A stretch of DNA of 63,993 bases, filler included, from Octopus bimaculoides (Eukaryota): the NCBI RefSeq assembly GCF_001194135.2. It is 5 parts of 4 records of this genome, joined end to end, with 100 filler letters (N's around TTAATTAATTAA, not from the genome) between each part and the next. Parts side by side here need not be neighbours in the genome. Positions count along the whole stretch, not along the records: positions 26,547 to 43,541 come from NC_068983.1; 4 more parts are not named here. One strand, 5' to 3'. Below the pieces are notes generated by a model. It made no database searches. It saw nothing but the letters and a program-made list of their open reading frames with translations, and had not been told where the DNA came from. The position numbers were made by a program, and so were the translations under genes. Every line of letters begins with the position of its first letter. Position 1 is the stretch's first letter. Below are positions 27,447 to 41,010 of this stretch, in pieces.

Positions 27447-28055
27447 ATGTATATATGTATGTATATATGTATGTATGCAAAATGTCCATAAATCACTCTC
27501 CGCACCAAACAAGCTTGATGGACTCATAGTCTCTGTCCCTGATCATTATGTCAGGTTTATTATGTTTACATTTTATTGAGGACTTCAATTATTCATTCCA
27601 CCAATACTCCTTTTTATTCTGAGTGCCTATGGTCTCTACCATAATGTGGGCTCTTATTCCTTTCGCCTTGGGATTATCCTTCCGACGGATCTCATTATAC
27701 AGTGTTCAAGCTACGACATCATGTCCCATCGGTAGATAATACCGTGCATGTATGTATGTGTATGTATGTGTGTATGCATGTATGTGTGTATGTATGTGTG
27801 TATGCATGTATGTGTGTATGTATGTGTGTATATATGTATGTGTGTATGTATGTGTGTTTGTATATATTATGTGTGTGTGTGTGTGTGTGTGGCTATATCT
27901 GCGTATATATTGATATATGTGAATATTTATTTAAACGTATATTCTTGTGGCCGTCAGTATAAGCACGTGTCTATGTGTACGCGAGAATACGTGTGCTGTA
28001 TGTGTGCGTATTTGAGTGTTTCTTTAAATATTACGTGTGTGTATGTTTGTGTTTG

Positions 28056-28094
<39 letters not shown>

Positions 28095-28503
28095 CTACAT
28101 ACTACTGTGCATGTTTCTCGGCATGCATACGCCCATATGTCTATAGATGTTTTCTGGTTCTCTCCCACAAACGAAATGACATATGTTTTACACATTAACA
28201 ACACTATCCTGCATACCATTTTACAAACCAAAAGCTGTCAATCTTAGATACTCGAAAAGGAACAAATCTGTTTTTACAATCACCACCCAAACCTCTCTTA
28301 CTACTATAACTCATATGGATAACTTGAGCTTTTCTGACCACTCTCTCCAAACACCAACATCCCAACTCACACACAAAAACACAATGAACTTTAACACTTC
28401 CATTTAATAAAATTAAACTCGCAAACAAGTTGGTTTAATTCCCACGCTACTCTACCTACCCAGACACCACACTAATGTGACTGACACTTCAATTATGTAA
28501 CTC

Positions 28504-28646
<143 letters not shown>

Positions 28647-29368
28647 ATAGCTGCGGTTGCAAGGTAAGGTGAATCCAACCTCAGATGCTGAGTTCGGTGG
28701 TAGTAGCAAATATTCGAACGAGACCTCTGAAAACCGACATAAAGAAGGGAATCGAATATTATTATATTCTATTTATATTCACGTATATGCATATAAAATT
28801 GAAAACAAATAAATACATACATAAATATCTAAACAAATGCATAAAATAGATCCACCAAAATTGAAAGTCCTTATTCGGTGAGGTTTAACAATATTGTTTG
28901 TCTAACAATGTTGCATGTATGCATGTATTGAATTCCGAGTTCAAATTCTGCCGAGGTCAACTTTACCTTTCATTCCGTCGAAATTGATAAAATAAAAGTA
29001 CCAGTTAAATACTGGGTCGATAGGATCGACTCTACCTCTCCCTTTAAAACTGCTGGTTTTGTATCTAAATCAGAAACTACTAAGTATGAGAATATTTTAT
29101 TTATATTTAGTTTGGTGGCTAGACCTACGTATCATTATCAAAATATGTTTAAGGAATTTATGATATGACGATCCGTATCCGGAAGGGTGTGACAAGAAAA
29201 ATAGATATAAATACATTGTTGATGATACGTTAATTGATATCAATCAGTCCCAGTTCAGACTAAAGTAGAAAAATAGGTCAATTTAGCTTTAATTAATCTA
29301 TGCATGATCATATTGTCGTAACTCACTCTGGAGACCACAGCAGTACATGAGAAGTATTCATTTTATTA

Positions 29369-29754
29369 TTGTTGTTGGCACTCCGTCGCTTACGACGTCG
29401 AGGGTTCCAGTTGATCCGATCAACGGAACAGCCTGCTCGTGAAATTAACGTGCAAGTGGCTGAGCACTCCACACACACGTGTACCCTTAACGTAGTTCTC
29501 GGGGATATTCAGCGTGACACAGTATGACAAGGCTAACCCTTTGAATTACAGGCACAACAGAAACAGGAAGTAAGAGTGAGAGAAAGTTGTGGTGGGAGAG
29601 TACAGCAGGGTTCGCCACCATCCCCTGCCGGAGCCTCGTAGAGTTTTAGGTGTTTTCGCTCAATAAACACTCACAACGCCCGGTCTGGGAATCGAAACCG
29701 CGATCCTATGACCGCGAGTCCGCTGCCCTAACCACTGAGCCATTGCGCCTCCAC
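29369..29754 (-). mobile_element. Full-length, young tRNA-derived SINE (family B) with 13-bp TSD
   Basis: Exact TSD ATTCATTTTATTA at 29356-29368 and 29755-29767. Minus-strand head has A box TGGCTCAGTGG and B box GGTTTCGATTCC, an (AAC)n tail, and intact CpGs. Confidence 0.92.
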
Positions 29755-30224
29755 ATTCATTTTATTAACATCGAAGATAAAGAGCAAAGCCAACTCTGGC
29801 GCGATTTGAACTTCGAATGCAGAATAAGGGAACAAATAATGTAGAGAATTTAGTTCAGTACATTACTGTTTCTGCCATCCCAAGTCTTCCCTCATGTTAG
29901 TTTCTCACATGGAGAAGCCCCAGACCTCGGATTTACAGAGTATGAGAAATATTATTGTGTAAAATTTATTCCCTTCCCATTGTCATTAATAATGTAAGTT
30001 TATAGAATTGGTTACGACGGAAACTGAAACAGGGTGAAATCCCAAAGGCCAGAATCTACTAACCTTGAGCACTTTTCTTCTCCAAAGCTCTTACCATTTA
30101 AATACTTTATATATGTGTGTGTGAGTGTGGGTGCGTATGTATGTATGTATATATGTTTGTACACACATTATATGTATCATATTATACGCGCGCACACATA
30201 TTATATGTATCATCATTATCATCA

Positions 30225-30420
30225 ACCGGCCAGAGTCCCCACTACCCCTCGGTTTGCCAAGATTCTCCAACCTCAGAGTTGTGCTACATGCATGCAACAA
30301 TAAACCAATCCATTCTTTGATGACTTCAGTCTTCAAACGTCTTTGACAGCCTCTTACTCTCTTCCCATCCACGCTTCCTGTCAGAATGGTTTTAGACGAT
30401 GAATCATTGCCCATCGTTAT
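30225..30420 (-). mobile_element. RTE-clade LINE 3' end
   Basis: SKTILTGSVDGKRVRGCQRRLKTEVIKEWIGL resembles the RTE C-terminus (KTILQGxVxGKRxRGRxR..W...IKEWTG). Ends in a short (GAT)-type tail. Confidence 0.65.
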
Positions 30421-30794
30421 AGTGGCACTATTTTCTTGATTTAGAAGAGATATCTTTTTTACATACGTTGCATAAACCTCAACATTTATAGAGGACTCGG
30501 ACGTTATGACATTCAGAAACTTTTAGAAACATATATGCAGTATAAGTAAAAACAGTTTCAAATAAGTATCGAAAACCAGTTACCGAGAACTTACCCTCAC
30601 AACACATCGTCTGACAGACGGGGATACTTACCACTAAGTGCCAACGCAGGAGCTTCTTCGCACTTGCTTGATTTGCTACAAATAGTTACTGAATCTTGAA
30701 AAGACTAGATGGTCATGATTGGAACACCTTTGACCATAAATGTTTGATCAGAGATTAGCTGGGGATGAGCAACAACAACAATAACTACAGTGCT

Positions 30795-30930
30795 TTTCCA
30801 CCGAGGTCGACTTTTCCTTTCATCCTTTCGGGGTCAATAAATTAAGTACCAGTTGTGTACTGGGATCGATCTTATCGACTGCCCCCCCCTCTCCAAAAAT
30901 TTCGGGCCTTGTGCCTAGAGTAGAAAAGAT
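30795..30930 (+). mobile_element. Family-C SINE 3' part
   Basis: CCGAGGTCGACTTTTCCTTTCATCCTTTCGGGGTCAATAAATTAAGTACCAG. Other copies at ~9480-9610, 28930-29065, 41465-41650, 51880-52000 (+) and 35415-35552 (-). Confidence 0.8.
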
Positions 30931-31334
30931 ACAAGTTATCGGGAGAATGAGAAATTCTGACATTCATATCTTTCCTAAGCATTTGGATTAAAGTTAGCTA
31001 ATTCTTTCTGAGACATTCTTTAAATCCGTGCTATAAAACGAAAAAAAGGTTTTTTTCTGCAATATATGATGTTGGAAAACACAGGACACAGGACTAGGTT
31101 ATCACAAAATAGCTCAGTCAGAGATTAATCTGGAAGAGGCAGTGGTATAAACCATAGCACTGCATCTTTAAAGATTTATTTAGTTTGACACCTGTAAGTT
31201 AATCCGTCGTTCGATTTAATATTATCACCTGGCTCTTTGGGTGCTTTTGGCGGAGCCAACCCTTTTGCATGCATTCAAGCCAGATCTCCGGTTAAAAAAA
31301 AAAACTCTCCTCTTTCTCTCCTTCCTCCCTTCCC

Positions 31335-31480
31335 ACTAATGGTCAGGGTGCTACGCTCACGATCGAGAGATCATGGTTTCGATTCCCAGACTAGCTGTTC
31401 GCTGTGTTCTTGAGCAAAACACTTCGCTTCACGTTGCTCCAGTTCACTCAGCTGTAAATTTGTAAACTTGTGACGGATTA
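31335..31480 (+). mobile_element. tRNA-head SINE 5' fragment
   Basis: GGTTTCGATTCCCAG B box followed by GTGTTCTTGAGCAAAACACTT..CACGTTGCTCCAGTTCACTCAGCTGTA. Confidence 0.75.
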
Positions 31481-31831
31481 GCGTACGAAGGTGAGGTGGT
31501 GATTCAGAAAAATCACCCGAACGGAGATCTCACGAGCCATGTTTTATAAACCTTGATCTCAGCGATGGAAAGGATGAATAGTAACAGCCTTGCTATGAAT
31601 CCGACTCGTTGCAGGTCAAAGGATGATGATTAAATCTGGATGCTGTTGAAATTCTATCTGTTAGTGATAAGTGTCCAACCCTGACATAGTGGCTACCCTC
31701 ATTGGCTCCTGGTGAAACATTTCTGTTCGTGGCTAAATAAAATCCTATACAGAGGTATTAGATTGCATGGAACCCAATACACAGACTCGCAAATGAGATA
31801 TAATAAGCAAAACAAAAAATAGGAAACTTCC

Positions 31832-32126
31832 ACCAAAGCCTTGTGAGTGGATTTGCTAGACGGAAACTGAAAGAATCCTGTCGCTTGTGTGTGTGTAGGG
31901 GGGGGGGTGTATTTGTGTGTGTGTCTGTATTTGTACCCCTCCATCGCTTGACAACCGATGTTGGTGTGTTTACGTCCCCGTAACTTAACGATTCGGCAAA
32001 AAGAGACCAGCAGAATAAGTACTAGGCTTACAAAGAGTAAGTCCTGGAGTTGATTTTTTCGACTAAAGGCGGTGCTCCAGCATGGCTGCAGTCAAATGAC
32101 TGAAACAAGTAAAAGAATAAAAGAAT
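31832..32126 (+). mobile_element. SINE family A, head-truncated
   Basis: CCAAAGCCTTGTGAGTGGATTTG..GGCGGTGCTCCAGCATGG..TGAAACAAGTAAAAGA. Confidence 0.88.
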
Positions 32127-32152
32127 ATATATATGCCTTCCCTTTCTGTGAG

Positions 32153-32191
<39 letters not shown>

Positions 32192-32364
32192 NNNNNNNNN
32201 NGAAGATAGAAAGAAAGATAAAAGAGACACTAAACAAGGAAAATAGTTTGACGTCACACAAGCGTATTGCTGCCATCATATCATCACTCTCCTCCTCCCG
32301 TTCTTATAATTTCATTCTCTACTTTTCTATTCTTTAGATCAGAGAGAGAGAGAGAGAGAGAGAG

Positions 32365-32409
<45 letters not shown>

Positions 32410-33004
32410 GGAGGTTTCTATTACTACTTCATTTCAATTTTCTGTCTTTCTCCGTATTTATTCTCGACAGATTTTTGAGGAAGATTAGGCTGCTATATCT
32501 CAAAATAAATATTATATAAAACTTGCCACCTAAATGGTTCGTAATAATATATTCAGAGTTTTATGGGCGTTCATATTTCTAGTTTCTGAATACAACGCAA
32601 ACATACGCTTATTTCACATTTATATATAGAAATAAAATTATTCAGATGATTCTTTACTATCTGCCGCGAAAAACGTTAATAGTTTTCCACGATTGCAATG
32701 ATTTCATTGAGATGGTGACGCCAAGGTTTTTGAAGCGTGTCTTTAATACAATTTGTCTATGAGAAAAGCTGTTACCTATTTACGCACTCACGTATGTATG
32801 CGTATAGTCTATGCGTGAGCATGTGTACGTGTGTGAGTGTGTGTGTGTTTGTGTTCTTCCACTAGGAAGATATTCATACAAATATATTCATTACAATATA
32901 CAGAGAAAACAATAACAAAGATTTAGAAAAAGATACTAATCACACGTTCAAACATGCAGACAGATAGGCCGACAGATAGAGAGAGACCTTATCAGAATGA
33001 AATT

Positions 33005-33330
33005 CTTAGCAGATGACTAAAGAGTGACATTTGAGACGGCAAATTGCGAGGCAATAGTGCTATCAAGAAATAGAGGCCCACCAAACATTGAATAACTACT
33101 TTAGGAATTGCAAACCAATTATAGAAAATGATCTTTGAATTCTAAAGCTGCGATTGGCATCATATTGGTGTGGCCGGAATATACTTTACATTTACTGCAA
33201 AGCTCAACAAAGAAGTGGAATGCAGTGGAGATATTTAAAATTCTTGGATAGGTGTTGGGGTAAAACTGAGTGATTGAGAATTTCACTCCCTTAGAGCTGA
33301 CAGTGTGGTTCCTTGCGGAACACTTTCGGC
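33005..33330 (+). mobile_element. Degenerate CR1/L2-like RT C-terminal fragment
   Basis: VTFETANCEAIVLSRNRGPPNIE resembles WxVxFxPxKCxAMxISRKR; heavily decayed. Confidence 0.4.
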
Positions 33331-33577
33331 AACTGTCTCCTATTAGACTCGGGCTGATCAATTACCTTGCCAGTAAAAGTTTGGAGACGGTAACTCCATA
33401 TATNNNNNNNNNNNNNNNNNNNNNNNNNNNNNNNNNNNNNNNNNNNNNNNNNNNNNNNNNNNNNNNNNNNNNNNNNNNNNNNNNNNNNNNNNNNNNNNNN
33501 NNNNNNNNNNNNNNNNNNNNNNNNNNNNNNNNNNNNNNNNNNNNNNNNNNNNNNNNNNATATATATATTCTTTAATT

Positions 33578-33774
33578 CTTTTACTTGTTTCCGTCATTTG
33601 ACTGCAGCCAAGCTGAAGCACCATCTTAAAGTGTGTTAGTCGAAGAAATCGACCACAGGACTTATTCTTTGTAAGCCTAGTACTTATTTTATCGGTCTCT
33701 TTTGCTGGTGTGTTTATATTCCCTCTAACTTACGGGGACATAAACATGCCAGCATTGGTTGTCAAGCGATGGTG
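33578..33774 (-). mobile_element. SINE family A 3' fragment abutting the LINE fragment
   Basis: Tail motif is present; the sequence switches to LINE sequence at ~33775-33782. Confidence 0.82.
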
Positions 33775-33781
33775 CCACTCC

Positions 33782-34647
33782 CATTATATTTCTTTTTCTC
33801 GATATCAACACCTACATTTTCTGCTACAACAATACTTGCTGCCTTGATCAAATTATTTGTTTCTGTGATATATTTTTGTTCTGATGTATTTCAGAATTTC
33901 ATTCACATTTTTTGTTTCTTGGTTCAATTTCCACCGATCAACCTTTTTAAGGTTGCAAATAATGTCGCTATCGTTCTCCTGTAGCCTTGCCTTTTTCCCA
34001 TCTGTCATGTCACCATTAGTTTTATTGTCTTCTTCCAATCCATCTTCATGTCGAACAAGCTATCACTGTTCCTTTCCTTTGGTTTATTAGAGATTTCACC
34101 TCTGTTTTCTGCCATGAGATTACTTTTATCAGTAGGAACTGTATTTTCATCGTTTCCTTTACTGCTATTTTCCAATACCCGTCTTTAGACAGCTTCGAGC
34201 TCTACTTCTGTGAACCAACGATTTTTTCTTATTGCTCTAGCTTGATCACATAAACTCTGTTCCGTGAGTTGAAACAATCCTCTTTTTTTCCATTGATCAT
34301 ACATACGTTGTCGGTATCCCCTAAGATGAACACCATTTTCATCTACGGAGTTGCTCCATGACCACAGCATTGATTTGTTTGTTCCATCTACGCCGTGTGT
34401 GCTGGTCCCTTGTTGGATAACGACAGGCTGGAGTCGGACCAGTATCTCTGAGCCTGCCGGGTGTAACACTATCACCATCAAGGGCTTCAGTTTCATTACC
34501 ACCGTTTTTCACAATATTTTGTTTTTTCATTGTCACTCATATGAAGTGGCGATTATCAGGTTGCCCAATTACCAGTGTTTTTATTGTGACACCATCACTA
34601 GATGTATCACCAATCAGAGCATAGGGAGATTCCAACCGCTTCCTTTC
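33782..34647 (-). mobile_element. 5' portion of a lineage-1 R4/Dong-like LINE including its apparent 5' end
   Basis: 33782-34345 aligns by eye, at high identity, to 18730-19320 in reverse complement. Encodes TRRRWNKQINAVVME..DENGVHLRGYRQRMYDQWKKRGLFQLTEQSLCDQARAIRKNRWFTEVELEAV. The 5' end follows TAATAATAAT (34648-34657). Confidence 0.88.
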
Positions 34648-34683
34648 ATTATTATTAGTAGTAGTAGTAGTAGCAGCAGTAGC

Positions 34684-34732
<49 letters not shown>

Positions 34733-34931
34733 TCATTATTATTATCATCATCACCATCATCATCATCATCATTATCACTGATATTATTTTCATTTTTTTA
34801 CAACTATTTGTCATTGTTAATATTTTCTCTGATCCGACATGAGTTTTGGTTAAATTATTGTTATAATCATTATTACCATCGTTATTATTATTTCCATTTA
34901 TCAATAAATTTACTATTATTATTATTATTAT

Positions 34932-35005
<74 letters not shown>

Positions 35006-35030
35006 TCAATATTATTATTATTATTAAAGA
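34648..35030. repeat. Compound (ATT)/(TAG)/(CAT) microsatellites
   Basis: Two (TAG)n tracts at ~34657-34730 and 34932-35004; source of the poly-S, poly-L and poly-V ORFs. Confidence 0.95.
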
Positions 35031-35555
35031 GAAACAACTGCTGATATAGGTCTCTAATTTAGTAAAAACATGTATTTAACTGGAATTTATGATTCATTTA
35101 GCATCCATCTCATACAACTAATGATAAATATATAGGTATGACGAAGCGAAATTAAAAATAGCATGCAAAGAAACAGAAATTCTTGAAACATTTTTGCAGA
35201 TCTTAATTCTGGTCGGAGTGTCGTGTGTACTTCACCTTCGAAAATGTCACTCTCATCCACTTCAATTAATTCACAGTCGATTTTCATTACCACTCAAACA
35301 TTGCCTAAATTCGTGTCATAAACGATTTTTTTTTATTTTTGATCTGTGCACTATTCAAAAAGATTATGTCGATGTAAGTTAAGATGTACAGCCAGTATTT
35401 TTGTGACGTGGCTTATAATATTGGTTTCAAATTTTGGCACAAGGCCAGCAATTTGGGGGAGGGGACTAGTCGATTACATCGGCTCTAATTCTCAGCTAGT
35501 ACTTATTTCATCTACCCTGAAAGGATAAAAGGCAAAGTCGACCCCGACGAAATTA

Positions 35556-36480
35556 TCAGGTCATCTCATAAGTTCTGTCCAAATTTTGAATAAAGAAAAC
35601 AAGTGACCAAATGTTATATTTANNNNNNNNNNGCTCTTCTATCTTCTTTGATGTGATCTTTGCAGTGTGGGGTCACGCATTGTCCGGATGAAACATCACT
35701 CATTTTAGATTCACTAAAGCGGGTCTTTTTTCTTCAAAGCTTGGTTCAAACGCTCTAATTGCTGACAGTAGACTTGAGCATTGATTGTTGCATTGGGTGG
35801 TAACAATCCAAAGTGAATTACTCCTTTGCAATCCCACCAGATAGAGAGAAGAACCTTTTTCCCATGAAGTTCCCTTCTTGGTTATGGTTGAGCTTTTTCC
35901 CTTTTACCAAGCCACTGTTTACGACGTTTAACATTTCAATAGAAAATCCATTTTTCGTCACCATTCACAACTCAGGATTTGCGGTTGTTTTCGGACAATT
36001 CATGAGGCACCCATTTTCCAAGTTTAGGAACCTTTCCAAGTTGTTGAAGATGACGATGAACAGTTGTATGGTTTGAACTAAGCTTTATTGCCAATTCTTC
36101 AACTGATAATGCAAGATTTTCTTCAAGTAGTGCCTCAAGGAGCTTATCATCAAACTCAACTGTACGTCCTGTTCGATTTTCATTTTCAAGGCTGAAATCT
36201 CTACTTCTGAATTTTGCAAACCATCTTCTTCAAGTTCTTTCATTCAAGCATTCTTTCCCATAAACTGAGTGTATGTTTCGAGTTGCTTCGGCTGCAGAGT
36301 TTCCTTTTCTTGTACTCATAAAGCATTATGTGCCTCAAAATGCTTTTTGGATACTTCCATGTTAGAAAGGGTTTTAATCAAAGAAATTTTAATTCTATTA
36401 TTCTGTAAAATGATATTTAATTAGTTTAAATGTACACAAAAGCATAAAAATACTTTTTAATTCCATTAGACATTCTAAAA
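35556..36480 (-). mobile_element. Mariner (DD34D) transposase pseudogene
   Basis: ATG at 36360. Reads MEVSKKH..HIMLYEYKKGNSAAEATRNI..RRWFAKFRS..WVPHELSE..GDEKWIFY..HGKKVLLSIWWDCKGVIHF..YCQQLERLNQAL..HPDNA*PH. One TIR (TCAGGTCATCTCATAAG) after TA at 35554-35555; the C-terminus is lost at a 10-N gap. Confidence 0.9.
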
Positions 36481-36490
36481 TACTATTAAA

Positions 36491-37046
36491 TCCCATAAAT
36501 AATGCGGTTTTTTTCAATTGCATGAACTAAAAGTCGGATGGGCGGAATAAACTACCTGCATCAACTTGCAATAAAATCACGTAGTAATTTTACCTATTCT
36601 TTATTCTTAGTGCAAGTTTTGAAGAGTGCAGTTCGATTTTAACAGTTATTTTTCCAAAGCTATAACGGAAGTGACAAAGGAGCACATTCGGTATATTTTG
36701 CTTTATGAGTTCAATACAGACAACAACGCAATGGAAAGTTCGAAGAATATTAATGTAGTACATGGAGATCTGACAATAAGCGCAAGCCAGTCTCAACGGT
36801 GCTTCCAGAAATTCCGAGCCGGAAACTACAACCTAGAAGACGAGGCTCATTCTGGAAGATCTGTAGAGCTCGACAAGGATGCCTTGCAAACTCTTGTGGA
36901 ACAAAATCTACCGTAACTGTTGAGGAACTAGCAGAGAAGCTTTGATTTGATCATTCAACTATTCATCGACACCTGCATGCTATCGGAAAAGTCGGCAAAT
37001 TGAGTCAATGGCTATAAAAAACCGCATTATTTATGGGATGACCCAA
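36491..37046 (+). mobile_element. Internally deleted mariner element (N-terminal HTH part only) with TIRs
   Basis: Inverted repeat CCCATAAATAATGCGGTTTTT (from 36492) and AAAAACCGCATTATTTATGGG (ending ~37037). ORF 36626-36916 EVTKEHIRYILLYEF..FQKFRAGNYNLEDEAHSGR continues, frameshifted, to TIHRHLHAIGKVGKLSQW. Confidence 0.88.
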
Positions 37047-37060
37047 TATATATGTATGTA

Positions 37061-37133
<73 letters not shown>

Positions 37134-38377
37134 ATTCACTTTATTTCAAGATTTCTTGCCAATAGAGAAAGAACCGGTTTCTAACCTAGATCCAAGACTC
37201 CTTCATTGGAATTTCAACATCAACAACACAGTATTTTTGTATGTATGTATGTATGCATATATGCATGTATGTATGTATGTATAGAGTCTTTGAAGCGGTG
37301 TACAGATATTGTATATTAAGAAGGAAGCAATCAGAACTTTAGATAATTCTTTATTAGCGCTTCCGTTCGTTCAATCTTCAAGATATAATGTACAGAATAT
37401 ATATATATGTATGTATGTATGTATCTATATATATTTGACAGGTTTGTTTCAGTTTCCAAGGCTTTGGTTGGGCCGAGGCTATAGTAAAAGACACTTACCC
37501 AAGATGCCACGCAGTGGGATTGAACCCGGAAGTAAGCCTGTTACCACACAGCTACGATATACAATTTTTCTTTCTTTTACTGCATCTGTGAAACAAGTGA
37601 ACATGGAATACCGCCTCAATTTACGCAAACATTATTTCACACTTATTCCATGAACCAATCTGTTGCATGAGATAACACATTCTATACTAATAAATCATCA
37701 GAAAATTTCATTGGAGCCGACTTGGCATGTTAATGAAATTCAAATGAATTCTCTATTCATATTCAAACTGTAACCCAATAAACAATATGAAGTTTTCTCT
37801 TTCTCTCTTTCTCTTCTTATTCTTAGTTCTGTGAAAGCTATGGTGGATATAATGTATATTCAAGTAAATACGTTAACAGTATGTAACTTAATAAACACAT
37901 TGCAGGAGAAAAAGTAGGGGAGTGAGGAAAAGGGCAGGAGAGTGAGAGTGAAAGGGAGAGAAGGAGGGGGTAGAATATGTGAGACAAAGAGAGGGTGGGG
38001 TTAAGACTCTTATAGAAATAAGTAGCTGCGAATTATCGGTGTCACAACGCTGTTTCCGTTACTCGCTGCTTCGATGACAAACATAACCAACTTGCAAGAA
38101 AGAAACCAAAGAAGCTGCCTGATAGCATAAAGAAAGGAAAGCAATAGAATCTTGGTTCTTGATCAGCGTATGGTAGAGTGTGTGCATGTGTGAGTGAGAG
38201 AGGAAGAGAGGGTGGACCTGTCGGAGACAAAGACACGGAATATGGATGGAAGTAAGGTAAGAGATTTAGTAAACATTGTATTGCATTTTAATAATACATA
38301 CAGACACGCAAACACACACACACATGCATGTAACATGTATGTGCATGTGAATATGTATAGGTCTATGTGTAAACAAA

Positions 38378-38433
<56 letters not shown>

Positions 38434-38884
38434 NNNNNNNNNNNNNNNNNNNNNNNNNNNNNNNNNNNNNNNNNNNNNNNNNNNNNNNNNNNNNNNNNNN
38501 NNNNNNNNNNNNNNNNNNNNNNNNNNNNNNNNNNNNNNNNNNNNNNNNNNNNNNNNNNNNNNNNNNNNNNNNNNNNNNNNNNNNNNNNNNNNNNNNNNNN
38601 NNNNNNNNNNNNNNNNNNNNNNACAGAGTCCCATCAGTCTTGACCAGTCGTGAAAAGTAAGACCCCTTTCAGCTGGTTAGGACCCAGAACAGCTGTGAAA
38701 TTAAGTATTATTTCAGCTGCTAATAGATTCGGGCCTAATGTAAAATGTAGACCCTTTTTCCAGCTGGATATGAACCCAGCCCAGATGAAAAGCGTAAGCT
38801 CATTTCAAACTGCTCATAAAGTATTCTAATAATTCTACCCTAAATAAATATAGTTTACGTATGAGTTACGGATGTGTGTGTGTG

Positions 38885-38936
<52 letters not shown>

Positions 38937-39611
38937 TGTGAGAGAGAGAGAGTTGATGTGTTGGACATTCTAACAACGATAGCATTGCAATAGTCGTTCA
39001 CTGTATTTTCAGTTGATCAATCGATTTAAATTGACCCATGAACGCACCTAAAATGTATATCTAAAACAGTTGTAAATCTATAATGCACGAATAAATGCAT
39101 GAAGTCTATAATTGATGACTTTTATACACACACACGCGCGCATAGAGGCCTGTTTACATATACATAAATATTCATAAAAGTCTAATAAATGCATATACAC
39201 TGATATTGTCATTGATATGTACGTGTGTGTGTGTGTGTGTAATGGGTGGAGGCATAGGTGAGTGGTTACGAATTCGTTTCGCATCCTGGAGTCCAGAGTT
39301 CGACCTCACTGCGTGGCATCTTGGGTAAGTGTCTTCTACCATAGCCTCGGGTCGCCAAATCCTTGTATGAAACTGAGTAGACTGAAGTTGTTCGAAAGAC
39401 TATCAGATGGACTGGATCTGTAATATGTTACAAAGTTCATCCTTCCCTTGTTACACTGTTGATGCTTGAGAATTAGGTCAAGAGTACAGGTGTCTCTGGA
39501 ATACTCGGCCACCTAGACGCTAATTCAATTGACAGGTAATTCAGCTGATCGAGCTCTTGTGACGAAACCAGCAGGAGAGTTCATCACATATGTCTGTATG
39601 CGCATGTGTGT

Positions 39612-39660
<49 letters not shown>

Positions 39661-40085
39661 TGCAGGTAGTGCTCACACGCGCACGCACACATATATTCAT
39701 ATTGATACAGACATACGTACTCACACGCACATATATATATTCGTATTGATAAACTCGCACACATATATATATAATGCACACATATACATACGTATATATG
39801 AATATATATATATCTCCCACTTGGTTTTAATATGTTGCCACATTTGTAATATGTCTTTTTTCTACATTTTTTCGTGCAGCTGAAGATTGCTCTTCATATT
39901 GCATTTAAGGTAATGCTCACATTACTTAAATAAATTGAAGTAGCATGAAACGTGCGTACTGCAATCACTTTTGAAATCCGTGTTGCTTATTATTTGATTT
40001 TAATCACCCATCCTTTTGGGATGTGAAATTCGGGTGCCTTCGCATAAGTACCATATTCAAGCCTTGAATCTATATCTAAACCGTC

Positions 40086-40131
<46 letters not shown>

Positions 40132-40209
40132 GAGAGACAGAGATACATATATATAAACGCATGTATGTACAGATAGATAGATAGATAGATAGATAGAGAA
40201 CGACATACA

Positions 40210-40257
<48 letters not shown>

Positions 40258-40651
40258 AACTGAACCGAAAGGCACAATACCACAAACTGACCAAGGGTTT
40301 CATTCCGGGGAAAGGGGATCATCCCAGTTGTTGGTGTGAGGCAGAGTGGACCTTCCAATTCACACAATCAATATGACTCTACAATGAACCTGCATTGAGT
40401 TTTTTTTTTGCCTCAGAGGCAGTGGTACGTAGTACAACCTATCCACTACTATATATGAGTGTGTATATGTATACTTACGTATGTATATGTATGAATATAT
40501 TTGTGTATGTGCATATAAATGCGTGTATAGATATTTGTAAAAGATTAACTCTTCAATACTAGATAACAACACAAATAACGGGATAAAAGGACTGAAGTAG
40601 CTTTTCGTCTCTTTTCCTTTGGAAAATTTGAAGATTTTTTTTTATTTTTAT

Positions 40652-40964
40652 ATTGGTTATGACAACGAGGTTTCCAGTTGGTTCGATCGACGGAACAGCC
40701 TGCTCTTGAAATTAACAAGCAAGTGGCTGAGCCCTTCTTGGACACGAGTACACTTAACGTAGTTCTCAGGGAGATTCAGCGTGACACAGAATGTGACAAA
40801 GCTGGCCCTCTGAAATACAGGTACAACTCATTTTTGCTTGCAAAGTGGACAGGAGCAACGTGAAATAAAGTGTCTTGCTCAAGGACACAACACACCGTCG
40901 GGAATCGGGCTCGAGCCTTACGATCGTGAGTTTAATACCTTAATCACTAAGCCACGCGCCTTCA
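40652..40964 (-). mobile_element. tRNA-derived SINE, family-B tail with alternative head
   Basis: Shares GGAACAGCCTGCTC..AAGTGGCTGAGC..CTTAACGTAGTTCTC..TTCAGCGTGACACAG with 29369-29754. Head contains CCTTGAGCAAGACACTTTATTTCACGTTGCTCC. Confidence 0.85.
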
Positions 40965-41010
40965 TTTTATGTCAATATATAAATAACTAAACGATATTGC
41001 CATTACTTCT

